A DNA stretch of 64,000 nucleotides from Octopus sinensis (taxonomy: Eukaryota): positions 7,812,001-7,876,000 of the forward strand of contig NC_043002.1 of assembly GCF_006345805.1 (NCBI RefSeq). The letters are read 5' to 3'. The position numbers and the translations under genes were made by a program. Of this stretch, positions 1 to 13,445 are shown in pieces. Each line of letters starts with the position of its first letter. Position 1 is the stretch's first letter. The notes under the pieces were generated by a model. That model was not told the origin of the DNA, did no database searches, and worked only from the letters and a program-made list of their open reading frames with translations.

Positions 1-545
1 TACGTCAATATAAAGCAGAGAAAATAATAGCTCAGCCTCGATAAACAAGCGACTCTGCGAGCAAAAAAAGACCTTCATCTTCGAAAGACCATGTCGTGTG
101 TATGGTGGGACTGGGAAGGCATAATTCATTACGAACTGCTTGAGCGCAGTCAAACACTCAATACGGAGCTCTATGTCCAACAACTAGCAAGAAAAAAAGA
201 CAATTCCAGTCCTCACATCGCCAATATGACCAAAGCCGCGATTCATTAACTCGAATGGGAAGTGCTGCCTTATCTCCAGAGTATAGAGGATAAGGCAACA
301 TTTTAGATTTTCATCTCTTTCGACCGCTTTTGAACTCTTTCACGGTGTATCGTTCAATAAAGACGTGGAATTGAGGGCTTTGTTGGACGAATTCTTTGAG
401 ACTAGTTTGGGAGTTTTCTATCGCCGAGGCATGGAAAAACTTATTGATCGATGAGAGGAAGTGGTAAACAACAACGGAGAGTATACTATTGATTAATTTG
501 TTGTAGATTTTTTTAATAAATTTGAAAAAAACGCTTAACATAATA
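1..545 (+). mobile_element. mariner transposase C-terminal remnant (stops/frameshifts), cut by window start
   Basis: Manual translation gives LHLRKTMSCVWWDWEGIIHYELLE...LEWEVLP...DFHLFR...YRRGMEKLIDR*EEVVNNNGEYTID*, matching the mariner-type C-terminus. Confidence 0.85.
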
Positions 546-1144
546 GAACGACAATACTAATTAATAGATGATCAGAAAATCATCAAGGTCAATTGCTTAC
601 ACCAAAAACTTATTCTATATGTTTTATAAATTTTCATTACCGTATATCGGTTTAAAGCTCTATGAAAAGAAATTTACTGTATGTAATACCTAGAAAAGGA
701 AAGTAAATTAATGTTATTCTATTTTGAAACAGTTGTTTTAAGTGTAATCAGAGTTACAACCGCGAAACAAGCTCAACGAAAATTAACTGTCGATCCATGG
801 GACTAGACAAAAAAAATCACGGATAATTTGCTCAAATGATTTGTAAAGGATTTGTTTATTTTTGATTAGAAAAATATACGCCATGTGTTACCAAAAACAA
901 ACATATTTCATAACATTTGTGAAGTATATTAAACCTCACACGAAATGAATTTGATGCAACCGCAATTATAGCGCGTTGCGTTTTAGATTTAGAAGCATTA
1001 CGTTTTATTCGACACCAATTGATAAAACTAGAAAACAAGCCGATCTGATGAGGGAGATACTAAGTGTTTACTCGACTAGCTTGAAAAAGCAACCAAATTT
1101 CCCTAAACATTTTTCATTACATCTTAAAATAAAAGGAGGAATTA

Positions 1145-1365
1145 CAACCGTGTTTCGTGGTCTGATACCACAATAGCTCTTTTATAGGATCCAGTTAGCT
1201 CAAGACATCATCAGGAGTAACCACGTCCGGTTTCGGCCCCTACTCCTCTACCGTTTTGACGAGGCGGCCCCCCTCTTTCGGAGGTGTCTTCAGCTCTGGT
1301 GTTGGGTGCGTGTCTTCTTTCTTCTTCTTCCTTCTGTTCCCTGGCCTCTTCGATGTATCGTCAGC
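1145..1365 (-). ncRNA. degenerate tandem hammerhead-like motifs (probable Penelope pLTR remnant)
   Basis: Minus-strand CTGACGA (1364-1358), CTGAAGA (1293-1287) and CTGATGA (1214-1208); GAAAC follows the last two; stem I pairing is poor. Confidence 0.35.
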
Positions 1366-2019
1366 GAGTGTCAGCCGGTGACTGACTGACTTGTCAAATT
1401 TTTCCCTTTAAATGCCTGCCGTTAGGCTCCAGCAGGCAGCCCCGAAATAGATAATTTAGTCGATGATATCCTTAAAAGGATGGAGTGGTCACGGTTAGAA
1501 TTCCTTCGATCATTGCAAACTGTGCTACAACATGCTACAGGTGTAAAACTTCAAAATGTATATGATGATGTCAGGTGTGATGGGTTTAAATTATCCTTTT
1601 AAATTTCAAGGGCCTTTTTTTGTGATTTCTTTTCGCTACGTAGCAACAGCTTTGCCAAACCGACTGCATTCAAGGTCTGTGGAGCACATCTGAGCAAAAA
1701 ATCCACAATTACCAAGCGTATGAAAGAAAAACATCAGCCCAAGCTCTCACTAATCACACCCTTACGTCCTACAACACGAGGAAGGATAGATTGAATAAAG
1801 CAGTTCTAGATTTGTAGAAAACAAGACGAGGTGGCCCAGGAGGGAATGTTTTTGATCATAAGTCTAGTCAACCAGTGTTAAACAACAACAATAACTCATT
1901 ACCAGGACTGTAATGCTTTTTGACAGTAAACTGCTTGAGGCCCATAACCCTTGAACAGGGGCAGAAAACGAAACTAAGACAATCGATCTTGACCACGATT
2001 AGACGAATCTTCACTAAAT

Positions 2020-2023
2020 ACTC

Positions 2024-2054
<31 letters not shown>

Positions 2055-2114
2055 CCTACACTCATACATACATACATCATACATACATACATACATACAT
2101 ACATACGTATATGC

Positions 2115-2147
<33 letters not shown>

Positions 2148-2300
2148 ATATATATTATATATATATATATACACCTACACTCATACATACATACATACAT
2201 ACATACATACATACATGCATACATACATACATACATACATACGTATATGCATATATATATATATATATATGCGCACACACACATACGCACATTCACATTT
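2020..2300. repeat. compound (TA)n/(CATA)n microsatellite
   Basis: Direct reading. Confidence 0.95.
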
Positions 2301-3254
2301 CGTTCATACTCATCGTTTCTTTTCTTTTAGCTTTCCTCTTTCTTGATTATATAGATAGATAGATACATATGTAAATATACATATGTATTCATATATACAT
2401 GTGTGTGTATATATGTGTGTGTGTACATGCTTATATATACATATATATAATATATAGGTGAGTATGTATATGTGTTGGTATGCGTATGCTTGCGTGTGTG
2501 TAGTTAAATTAGTAATTCCATAGGTTAATATTAGTGACAGCCTGTCAACTCTTAATCAATGCTTGGTCTTCATAAATACCAGTATAGCTTTTCAAACATT
2601 AAGATTAATGGTTTACGTTCCGAAATATTGAACTTTGAAGCAATTTTTCATGCACCATCTCTCAATAATATTAACAGCTGAAACACTCAAGTAGAATTAG
2701 TGTTGCCGCCTACGGCATCACTAGAAAATTTTGGCACATTCAAAGTTAGCTAAATTTCCTGCATATGAGAAACGCTGCCAAATGTTGCCATCCAAAATTC
2801 TACATCAGTTAACATAAATTCTTATTCATTCGAGAAACTTAAGACAATTAATTTTCAAATTATTTAAGCTTTCTGAACTATCACTTTTCTGTACATCATC
2901 TCCCCCACCTTCCGCCCCCACATTCGTGACTCCATAACAAGTGGAGTTCTGTAGAACATGCAGTGGTGTAGTCCCAGGGGTAAGTTAGAATAGACTTCTT
3001 GAGCACCAGTTCGATTGCACTTATTGTTTATTACTCTGCTGTTTTAAATTTGTATTTCAGAAAAAGAATTATAATATGCGAGCCTCTTGTTTATTTCGAC
3101 TATGTTTAAATAACTAGTATAAAAATGCATGCAGCTTAGCAAGGGATTATCAGTTTATTTATCATAAGAGATTGAGCAAAACTCATACCTAATCATCATT
3201 CATGTTCAAGATATTTAACTTTCAGTGACACAAACTCGTAAGGTAACCCACAAA

Positions 3255-3435
3255 CGGTAGATTTCTTTACTAGATATGGCAGTCAAATTCCCTCAAATTA
3301 TACTTTATTGTCTTAAAAACGGAAGATTACTTTAAATAATGAAGTACTGGATACACTAAACGTGAACAATAAGAGGATGGCCCCGGTTGGAACGCTTTTA
3401 GTTATAGGTCTGCTCGAACTGAGTCGGCCTGGAAG
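3255..3435 (+). mobile_element. dispersed repeat segment (probable SINE body/tail); related pieces near 1820-1900, 4545-4620, 6745-6895, 52560-52720
   Basis: Recurring motifs 'ctagaaatagcagtcaaat', 'ccctcaaat..cac' and 'ggatggtca..g..gaa..ctttgatcata.gtct'. Confidence 0.45.
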
Positions 3436-3453
3436 ATAAGCATCATCAGCAGT

Positions 3454-3830
3454 GGAGGCGCAATGGCCCAATGGTCAGGGCAGCGGACTCGATTTCCAGA
3501 CTGGGCGTTGTGTGTGTTTATTGAGCGAAAACACCTAAAGCTCCACGAGGCTCCGGCAGGGGTGGTGGCGACCCCTGTTGTGCTCTTTCGCTCCAACTTT
3601 CTCTCACTCTTTCTTCCTGTTTCTTGTCCCCGACTTCCTACTCAACCGCTGAGCCTGGATGCGCATTCATCCATCCGTTGATGCTCTCAGTGTCGGGGGT
3701 TGACCTGCTTTCTCTTCTGCGGGTCTTACGAATAGCAAAGGACCACGTTTCGGACTTCTCCCATCTTGCGAGCTCTGGGACGAAGACCGTTCGCTCAACA
3801 GCAACAGCAACAGCATCATCAGCAATAATA
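3454..3830 (+). mobile_element. tRNA-derived SINE family B, tail type 1
   Basis: Head ggaggcgcaaTGGCCCAATGG (A box) ... TCGATTTCC (degenerate B box), shared body, ends in (AAC/AGC)n. Confidence 0.8.
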
Positions 3831-4922
3831 ATTGTCAATGACTGCTTTTCTTTCATTAAATAAGTTATATTTTATTGAAGGTATATCTTTTGCATGTAAA
3901 CGTCATGTGAATTTTTTGATCGCTTAGCCAAGAAAGAGGGCAGTGTCCATGATCATTGACAGAGCCTCTGATACCGGTGGGAGAGAAGAATGGAGAAATA
4001 TATCCTTAAACAGGAGTCCTGATTCTAATGCTTCTATACACGTCAAAAGCACCTACGCACCGAGTCGCAGTGTCAGACAGGTAGCAGCTTAAATCTACCA
4101 CCCAAATAGGCAAGGGTAGGATTTGAGCGCAAATAGTAGGAATAGAGCGCAAAACAGCCTGTCCAACTCTCTAACGGTTCCGCCATTTCACCATCTTATG
4201 CTGGTATTTTATTTATCAACTTTGGAAGAAAGAAAAGCAATTTGAACTCAGAACCGAAAATGCAAAGCACTTTGTCTATTGCTCTACTGACTTTACCAGA
4301 AAGAATAAGAGAAGAATGTTCCAATAATGTGCAGCGTTGAGGTCAAATTTGCATTCGGAATAAACCTGGCAACGTGTCAATTTTCAGGAATCTGGATGGT
4401 TGGATGAGTGGATGGATGGATGGACATTTCTCTTCTATGAATGATCCAACAAATAATCCACATTTATTCAGCCATACTCCACAGATCAGATGATATGGTG
4501 AATTAAGCATCAACGTTAACAACAACACCCTCTGATAAGTGATTCCTCCGTGATCCATTGTCGAGTTGCTAGAAATAGCTACCAAATCTCATCTCTGTTA
4601 AATCGCACTCTGCAAGTATTGGGATCGATGATATCTGCTTACTCCCTCCCTTTTTATTCACCCTTGTACGAACAGGGTGTCCCAAAAGTCAGGTGTAACG
4701 GGTGCCACATGTCAAATGCCGAAATGATCGCAGCGCAACGTGAAATGAAGTGCTTTGCTCAAGAACACAACACAACGCCCGGTATATGTATGAGTATGTG
4801 TGTGTGTTGTGTGTGCGCGAGTGTGTGTGTAAATATGTATGTTGGAATGTATAGTGTGTTTTAGCGTACGTACAGAGAGGCACACACACGAACACAGACA
4901 CACATGCATATATATATATACA

Positions 4923-4973
<51 letters not shown>

Positions 4974-4981
4974 TATATAGA

Positions 4982-5689
4982 CAGGGCGCCCCGAAAGTCA
5001 TTGATGGATTTCAATTTTTAATACTTCCTAACTTAACAAATAAATGCAGGAAATTTTGATACAATATAAAAGACATCATGGAAATTAATATGCACAAATC
5101 AAATTTTGCAACACCACTACATCACATATGTAAAATTGACATCGCTTAAATGTTGATGACGCAAACCCTCTCTTTCAGGTATCCCCACTAGAAAAATTCC
5201 TGGCTAGTCAAGTCTGGGGAAAGTAGCGCGGGAGATTATTCTTTCTCCAAAGCACTATCGTAGTAACCGTATTGTTTCTCTTGCGGTTTGAGCATTTGCC
5301 TCATCTTGCTGGAACCATGAGTGAGATCTACTTTCAATGGACTTCACATCCCTCAGAGTTGACTAGCTCAGATTTTTCTTCTGGGGGATACCAGAAAGAG
5401 AGGATTTATGTCAACGAACTGGAGACCCTGGTGCAATTGGAGGAGAACATCAATAGAGAAATCAGAGAAGTGAGGGTGCTATGGTTCAAGTTTTGGAAAA
5501 AGCACGGGCGTGAGATTCCGAAAATGGCTGCCATTTAAGCGATGTGATGTAGTGGTGTTGCAGAATTTGACTTGTGCATATTCATTTCCATTATGTCCTT
5601 TATATTGTATCAAAATTTCATGCATTTATTTGAAAGGTTAAGGAAGTTATTAAAAATTGAAACCCACCAGTGACTTTTAGGACACCCTA
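4982..5689 (+). mobile_element. internally deleted Tc1/mariner-superfamily element
   Basis: About 40-bp imperfect TIRs (cagggcgccccgaaagtcattgatggatttcaattttta / taaaaattgaaacccaccagtgacttttaggacaccct); 5330-5500 translates WTSHPSELTSSDFSSGGYQKERIYVNELETLVQLEENINREI, a decayed WPxxSPDLxPxDFxxWGYxKxxVY C-terminus. Confidence 0.8.
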
Positions 5690-5699
5690 TAATATTGAT

Positions 5700-5835
5700 T
5701 TCAAATTTTGGCACAATGCCAGTAATGTCGGGTTGGGGACCTCGGCGGAATTTAAAGTCAGAAAGTTAAGACTGGACGAAATGCCGCTAAATATTTTTCC
5801 AGACATACAAACTATTCTGCCAGCAAGCTACCTTT
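5700..5835 (-). mobile_element. degenerate SINE family A fragment
   Basis: Contains gacctcggcggaattt...gacgaaatgccgcta...ttctgccagc. Confidence 0.6.
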
Positions 5836-6260
5836 CCCCTGTGCAGAATATTATTGTTATATCTGTTCTGGTGTTTCCGTTGATATTTCTTTTGTTTTTC
5901 TGTTTTTAAGCAACTCCAAAAGCAAGTTTCTAAGATTACTGGTTATGTTTTGGCCGCTAAACTTTAATTTCTTTCTTATGACCAGGACTGCTTCTTTAAA
6001 TACTTCCATGATCCAACCAACTCATCTTACTATTAATTCTCATTCTATTTCCGTCGGCTTTCCATCCTGTCAGAAATGTTTCCAGTAGTTTCTTTCCTCG
6101 AACATCAATTCTATGCAACTCCCGTTTTCTTCTTCGTTTATCACTGGAAATTTTATTATCGGTTAAGCAGGTATCAGTATATATCAACGGATAATTTGTT
6201 TGTTTATTTCTATTAAAAGCAGTAGTGACTCTTGTTTAGTTTCATTAATCTGAGGGTAAC

Positions 6261-6305
6261 TTTAACTGAAGAGACACAACGTGGTCAAAACACCGCAGTA
6301 TTCAA
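6261..6305 (+). ncRNA. degenerate hammerhead motif (G12A)
   Basis: tttaa-CTGAAGA-gac acaacgtg gtc-AAAAC-accgca-GTA-ttcaa. Confidence 0.3.
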
Positions 6306-6384
6306 AAACCCCCGACGTCATTTTTTCTTTTACTTTTCTTTTGTAACACACAATAAACTAAGGAGGCCATTTGAATCCTGTTTA

Positions 6385-6745
6385 TCTACCAAAGCACTGC
6401 CGTAGGAACTGCATTGTTTCTCTTGCGGTGTGAGCATTTGCAATGGCGGCGAGCTGGCAGAAACGTTAGCATGCCTGGCGAAATGCATAGCGGTATTTCG
6501 TCTGCCGTTACGTTCTGAGTTCAAATTCCGCCGAGGTCCACTTTGCCTTTCATCCTTTCGGGGTCGATAAATTAAGTACTAGTTACGCACTGGGGTCGAT
6601 GTAATTGACTTAATCCCTTTGTTTGTCCTCTCTGTGTTTAACGCCTTGTGGGTAGTAAAGAAATAGGTATGAGCATTTGCCCCATGTTGCTGGAACCATG
6701 TGTGAGGTCTACTTTCAACGGAATTCACATTCCTCAGAGTTGTTA
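6385..6745 (+). mobile_element. second copy of the Tc1/mariner internal fragment, interrupted by a SINE
   Basis: 6390-6441 plus 6670-6745 match 5245-5365. Confidence 0.75.
6445..6669 (+). mobile_element. tRNA-derived SINE family A, full length, 11-bp TSD
   Basis: ggcggcgagctggcagaaacgttagc...gagttcaaattcc (B box)...gtagtaaagaaatag; TSD tgagcatttgc at 6431-6441 and 6670-6680. Confidence 0.9.
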
Positions 6746-7559
6746 GGCGTAACTTCCATCATCCTCAAATCACACCTTAAACTCTTTAAACAGAACGAAT
6801 ACATTGGACAATGTATTCTGAGATAAACCATATATAAAAAGACTGGATGGTCAGCACTAGATTGTCTTTGATCAGTCATAAGACTAACCAATAAATGTAA
6901 CACATTTAAAATTATCTCAGGAGATGATTATTATAGAAATGAAAGTGTTAATCGATAGTTCAAAGACAAGTCAATCGCATGTACAAAGAACTTTCTCTGT
7001 TGTTCTCATTTCGTGTTAATCTCTCTCTCAAACCCTTCTATTTATTTTATTGTCTATTTCGTAAAAACTACCACAGCTTCTTCAGAAAACGGTTTTAGGT
7101 TTTGCGGTTTCGTTAATGAACTGGCTTGAGAGGAAGTAGTAATGAGCAAGATAAACTAGCGGTATTAATGAGACTATCGGAATAGGTGAGGTAAGAAGAC
7201 CTCTATTGGCTGTTATAATGTTATAACGAGCCAAGAGAATGTAGGCCGGCGCAACGAGATGGTTAGATTAGTTGTAAAATGAATTAGTCAACAAAGTAAC
7301 CCTAACGAACTGGTCAGACTGGTCATTACGATGAGTTGGTTAATTGGGCTGTGGAAACGGACTGGTCATACAGGACGTTGTGTCCAAGTGTTCACAGACC
7401 CTGTTTTCTTTTTCTTCTTTTTTTTTTGCCTTACCATCTTCCAAATCTAACGACACACGTAATAATTTATAAATCTTATCTTATATTTTTCACGCGCACA
7501 CATACACACAAATACATGCACACACACACACACACACACACACAAACACCACACACACA

Positions 7560-7603
<44 letters not shown>

Positions 7604-7605
7604 GT

Positions 7606-7910
7606 GGAGGCGCAATGGCCCAGTGATTAGGGCAGCGGACTCGCGGTCGGAGGATCGCGGTTTCGATTCCCAGACCGGGCGTTGTGTGTGTTTATTGAGC
7701 GAAAACACCAAAACGCTCCACGAGGCTCCAGCACGGGGTGGTGGCGGTCCCTGTTGTACTCTTTCGACCCAAATTTCTCTCACTCTCTCTTCCTGTTTCT
7801 TGAGTCACGCTGCGATGGACTGGCGTCCCGTCCAGCTTGGGGGAACAGATATGTCACAGGAACCGGGAAATAGGGCTCATGAGCCTGGCTAGACTTGAAA
7901 AGGGTGCATA
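7606..7910 (+). mobile_element. SINE family B, tail type 2
   Basis: A box TGGCCCAGTGA, B box GGTTTCGATTCCC; tail ctgcgatggactggcgtcccgtccag... Confidence 0.8.
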
Positions 7911-8011
7911 CATAAATAATATATATATATATATACATCTCTGGTTTCTCTTCATCTGCATGGATAAATCTTTGGGTTTTATATATACATGCATACATAC
8001 ATACATACATA

Positions 8012-8119
<108 letters not shown>

Positions 8120-8431
8120 CATATATATATTATTATATATAGTATACTGTCCCGTAAGATCAACAAAAAAGTACTCCATCTGGCGAGGAATAAATATTGT
8201 TTAATAAACACAATATATATTTTATAAGCTATTGTATGTATACACACACATACTTACATTATACATACACACACACACAAACACACACACACACACGGAG
8301 GAAATGACCATTGGCTAAAATATACCCAACTGTTTTTATGCAGATTAACTTGTCCAGATCTAATCGTAGACGTGTTAGGACATGTGATCAAAAGCGTTCT
8401 AACTGTGAACATTCCATCTGCCGTTTTGAAA

Positions 8432-9212
8432 TCATGTATGTATGTATGTATGCTTGCATGTATGCATGTATGTATGTATGCATGTATGTATATTTGCTTG
8501 GATGCATGCATGTATGTATGTATGTATGCATGCATGTATGTATGTATGTATGCATGCATGTATGTATACTAGCATTGATGCATGCAAGTATGTATGTATA
8601 TGTGTATGTATGTATGTATGTATGTATGTATGTATGTATGTGTGTGTGTATGTATGTATGTATGTATGTATGTAAGTATGTATGCATGTATGTATGCATG
8701 CATGCATGTATGTATGTATGTATGTATGTGTGTATGTGTGTGTGTATGTATGTATGTAAGTATGTATGTATGTATGTATGCATGTATTTATGTATGTGTG
8801 TGTATGTATGTATGCATGCATGTATGTATGTATGTATGTGTGTATGTGTGTGTGTATGTATGTAAGTATGCATGTATGTATGTATGTATGTATGTATGCA
8901 TGCATGTATGTATGCATACATGTATGTATATTTGCTTGGATGCATGCATGCATGTATGTATGTATGATGTATGTATACTAGCATTGATGCATGCAAGTAT
9001 GTATGTATATGTGTATGTATGTATGTATGTATGTATGTGTGTGTATGTATGTAGTATGTATGTAAGTATGTATGTATGTATGTATGCATGTATGTATGTA
9101 TGTATGTATGTATGTGTGTGTGTATGTATGTATGTATGTATGTATGTATGTATGTATGTATGTGTGTATGTGTATGTATGTATGTACGTATGTATGTATG
9201 TATGCATGTATG

Positions 9213-9246
<34 letters not shown>

Positions 9247-9381
9247 TGTATGTATGTATGTATGTGTGTATGTATGTATGTATGTATGTATGTATGTATG
9301 TATGTATGTATGTATGTGTGTATGTGTATGTATGTATGTATGTATGTATGTATGTATGTGTGTATGTATGCATGTATGTAG
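8432..9381. repeat. about 950-bp (TATG)n microsatellite with internal duplicated variant blocks
   Basis: Direct reading; markers tatttgcttgg at 8491 and 8929, atactagcattgatg at 8566 and 8975. Confidence 0.95.
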
Positions 9382-10029
9382 AAGGGAGTAGGATTTGATT
9401 TGAGAGGCATCTCGTTCCTGTTCCGAGCAGATCGAACGACCGTGTGGATGTGCCTGTTTGATTGTTTTCAGTGCAATTATCTGCGAAATATTCCCCACTT
9501 AAACCATATTCCAACGTGCCCAGAGACACAGAAATAAATTATATAATAAATAATAAATTATATAAGTGAAACCCGAGGCGAAATGCTTTCGTAACTCACA
9601 TGCTTTGTCTTACGCACACACAGACACACACAGACACACACACACACACACACACACCACACACACCACACACACACGCACGCACACATACACACACACA
9701 TAGAGAGAGAGAGACTCATACAAACAAATACACACACACACGTGTGTATGTATGCATGGATGTATGTATGTATATTTTTGCATGTATGCATGCATGTGTG
9801 TGCGAGCACGCAACGTATTCTTTTGAACATTTACTTGCGGTTTTCTTTCATCCAACTGCGGCTACGCAGAGACATATCTTTGAAAGATTTCAATCGATCA
9901 TATCGATCTTGATCCCAGTACTTATTCTTAAGTCTAACACTTACCTTATCAATATCTGTTTGTTGACCTGCTGACTAATGAATTGTAAGATGCATACAAG
10001 TACACACACGCACACACATATATGTATAA

Positions 10030-10326
10030 TCTTTATATATAAAAGTGAAGTTGTGTGTCTGTCTCCTACGATTTAGATTCCTAACTACTCCCACATTTTG
10101 CGGTGCAGTTTAACCAAAACCGGGTATCTTATAGTCGTGATTCATATCGAGCCCTTCTGGGTATTAGCGCGCGTCTACGATGAGTCAACGATTTAAAAAA
10201 AAAATTACCATCATTTTTTTCCAATTTTTAATGCATTTTTTTGCTATTATTTGGCTATAACTCTCTAAAAATGCTTATATAGTTATTTCCCTTACAAACC
10301 CGAGCAACGCCGGGCGATACTGCTAG
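10030..10326 (+). mobile_element. complete non-autonomous Helitron (297 bp)
   Basis: A|TC 5' end (tctttatatataaaag), subterminal hairpin cccg-agcaacgc-cggg (10299-10314), CTAG|T 3' end, no TSD. Confidence 0.85.
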
Positions 10327-11358
10327 TTGTTTATATATCTCTTAGATTTTAGATCCTCCAGTGTTGTCAGTACAAGGTTTTGTTTCAATTATTGCATCAA
10401 CTTCTCTTGGCATTAAGATTGTTCAACCTTATGTATATGATCCTAATCCAAACATTGATGATTGCTTTAATTATTTAAGTGCTGTTGCGTAGTATGGAAA
10501 CCGAGACAAGTCTCATGGGTCTTGAACATGATGAATTCGAGGACGTTATAAAAATATCAATGAATCTAATAACTGTCTCGAATATTTTGAAGATCCTAAC
10601 TGTCTACATTTTGAAATTTCTAACAGTGAAAGCCATGAAAATAAACAACTAATTTGTTTATTATTTGTCCTCATAAATTTAATTGTCTGATGGAAAGAGA
10701 CAAATTCCAAATAAATATTCGAAAGGTACTTATTACGAATGAGGGTGGTGGGAGGGGGGTATTAATACTGCATTTCTCATAAAGGGTATAGATAAATTTC
10801 TATGTTTTATGACATTAGGTTTAAACATTTTTAAACTTGTTTAGCATCTGACGAAGAAAGAAGAACTATATGGATGCAATCTCAATTTGCGTCATTTTAT
10901 TGGTATAGAGTGGTGAAAGGCTTTGAGTTGATAGAATCGTTAGAGGAAAAAATGATTTACGGTATTTGTTCCGACTCTTTACATTCACAGTTCAAATCCC
11001 ATGGAGATCAGCATTGACTTTCATCCTTTCAAAAGCAATAAAATAATTTCGAGGTCGTTAAAATAAAGAACCAGTCAAGTAATGAAATTGATACCATCGA
11101 TCCCAATATCTTCCCTCGAAATTGCTGGACACCAACCAAATTCAAAAGCTATTAGTATTGAGTAGTGAGGTCGTGCAAAACATTTCACTAAAATTTTAGA
11201 GTATGGTATTTGTCAATCTGAGGATCTCTATGTTAGATATATGCCATGGCAATACTTACTGTAATTTTTATTAGCAGAAAAAACCCCACTTATACTACCG
11301 TTTAAATCAAATTAAGTAACTAAACAAGCTTGTTCGTAAAATTATATATGTATGTAAA

Positions 11359-11563
11359 GTGGTGAGCTGGCAGAATCGTGAGTATGCTGGGCAAAATTCT
11401 TAGCAGCATTTCGTCCGTCTTTACATTCTGAGTTCAAATTCCGACGCGGTCTATTTTCATCTTTTCGAGGTCGATAAAATATGTACCAATTGAGTACTGG
11501 GGTCAATATAATTGACTTACCCCTCTCCCAAAATTTCTGGCCCCGTGCCAAAATTTGAAACCA
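11359..11563 (+). mobile_element. SINE family A variant with alternative 3' tail
   Basis: Family A head and core, then ccctctcccaaaatttctggccccgtgccaaaatttgaaacca. Confidence 0.75.
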
Positions 11564-12336
11564 AAATCATATATGTATGTATTCGTTACATCAGCTATAG
11601 TATGTTAGTAATAATAATGTCATTAATTTAACCTGTGATTGCTAATATTTCTCAAATATATCATAGAAAATTACTATCAGAATCTATGTCTCATTAAATA
11701 AAGAATATCTTTGTTATATCTTACATATAAATATACCTGCTTCATAAATCTGTGGCTACTATGATAACTATCCCATGATGCCTTAATTTTTTGTAGAAAT
11801 ATAAAATAATAATTTCAAAAAGCAAATATCCTGTTTAAACTATGTTGATAGGAACCGACTAGATTCGACTTACACTGAGAGGGGAAAAACATTCTTCTAA
11901 TGAAGAATGTATTCACGGTCTTTTTCGAGGTTTTACACTGTGGTTTTTGTCTTACCAAAATCAAAAACAAATATAATTAATAATGGAAGAAAGTATATCA
12001 AAGATGCTTTACAAACAACTCAGATAGGAGTTATTTATGGAGATACATATATGTCGTTAAAGTGTTATACATTATTTACACTAATTACTTAATGTTTAAA
12101 TCTGCCTGGTTATTAACGGTCTGTCTGTAGCTGATCACTTCTTTTTAAAAAAAGGAATTAAATTATAAAATATATGGAATACATTTAGGTATTTCAATAT
12201 AAAAATATACACCAGAGTAAGCATATAAATGTGAAACAAGGTGGAAAAAAGAGTACTCAAATACCAGAGGTAGAGTAATATACTATATTTACTCTGAGTA
12301 ACAGCTTTTGTTATATTTTTGCTACTTTTAAGTAGA

Positions 12337-12632
<296 letters not shown>

Positions 12633-12974
12633 ATAATTATACTTATATTATTATATATCTATAATAATTATTACCTGTGCAGTATTTTTTTCCATGTTGG
12701 CCACATGATATGATCGCTATTCTAAATACTGGTCTTATCCTGTTTATATATAAAACATATATGTGTGTATGTGTGTGCGTGTGTGTAAGTGTATACATAT
12801 ATACATGTGTATATAAATCTATGTATTATACATGTATATACATATACATAAATACATAGATACACGCGCGCGCGCACACACAGACATACAATACATGCAT
12901 ATATATATATGTGTGTGTTGTATATTTATATATATATGTGTATATGTGTATAAATGTGACCACGTGTGTACCGT

Positions 12975-13150
12975 TGGCGATTATTTTCCTCTGTCTTCCC
13001 TTCTCTGGATCTTTCCTTCTCCTATGTTTCCGACGAAGAGCTCCGCTCGAAACGTTTAAAACCTCCTTCTTTCCTTCTTCTGACCGTCCAATAATACTAT
13101 ATTGTTCCACGTCCTCGCGTTGTTGTGTTTTTTGTGCTTTCTTGTTTGGA
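12975..13150 (+). mobile_element. Penelope pLTR-like repeat with hammerhead motif (13024-13060)
   Basis: ttt-CCGACGA-a-gagc tcc gctc-GAAAC-GTT; second copy on the minus strand at 16410-16590; 3' end runs into (TA)n. Confidence 0.55.
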
Positions 13151-13166
13151 TTAACTATATATATAT

Positions 13167-13213
<47 letters not shown>

Positions 13214-13261
13214 ATATATATGATGTTTTCTTTTTCTTATTGATAATATTGCTTTCAAATG

Positions 13262-13445
13262 TTGACACAACAGCAGTAATTTCGATTACACCGATCTCAG
13301 CACTCAGTTGGGACTTATTTTATCGATTCCGAAATGATGAAAGTCAAAGTCGACCTCGGCCGTGTTTGAAGTCACAACATAGAGTCGGACGAAATGCCGC
13401 TAAGCATACTGCCCGGAGTTCTAAAGATTCTGCCAGCTGACCGCC
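13262..13445 (-). mobile_element. degenerate SINE family A
   Basis: gatgaaagtcaaagtcgacctcggc...ttctgccagctgaccgcc. Confidence 0.7.

Noticed and set aside
7030-7090. Minus-strand CTGAAGA...GAAAT hammerhead-like string
   Set aside because: Stem II does not close onto GAAA; could be chance or heavily decayed.
8388-9410. 340-aa and overlapping long ORFs (HTYI/MYVC repeats)
   Set aside because: Translations of the (TATG)n microsatellite. The same applies to all YI-, CV-, LL/II- and HT-repeat ORFs in the track.
9400-9535. GHVGI...FAD resembling an RNase H motif on the minus strand
   Set aside because: Needs a frameshift and is only a few residues; not supportable without a profile search.
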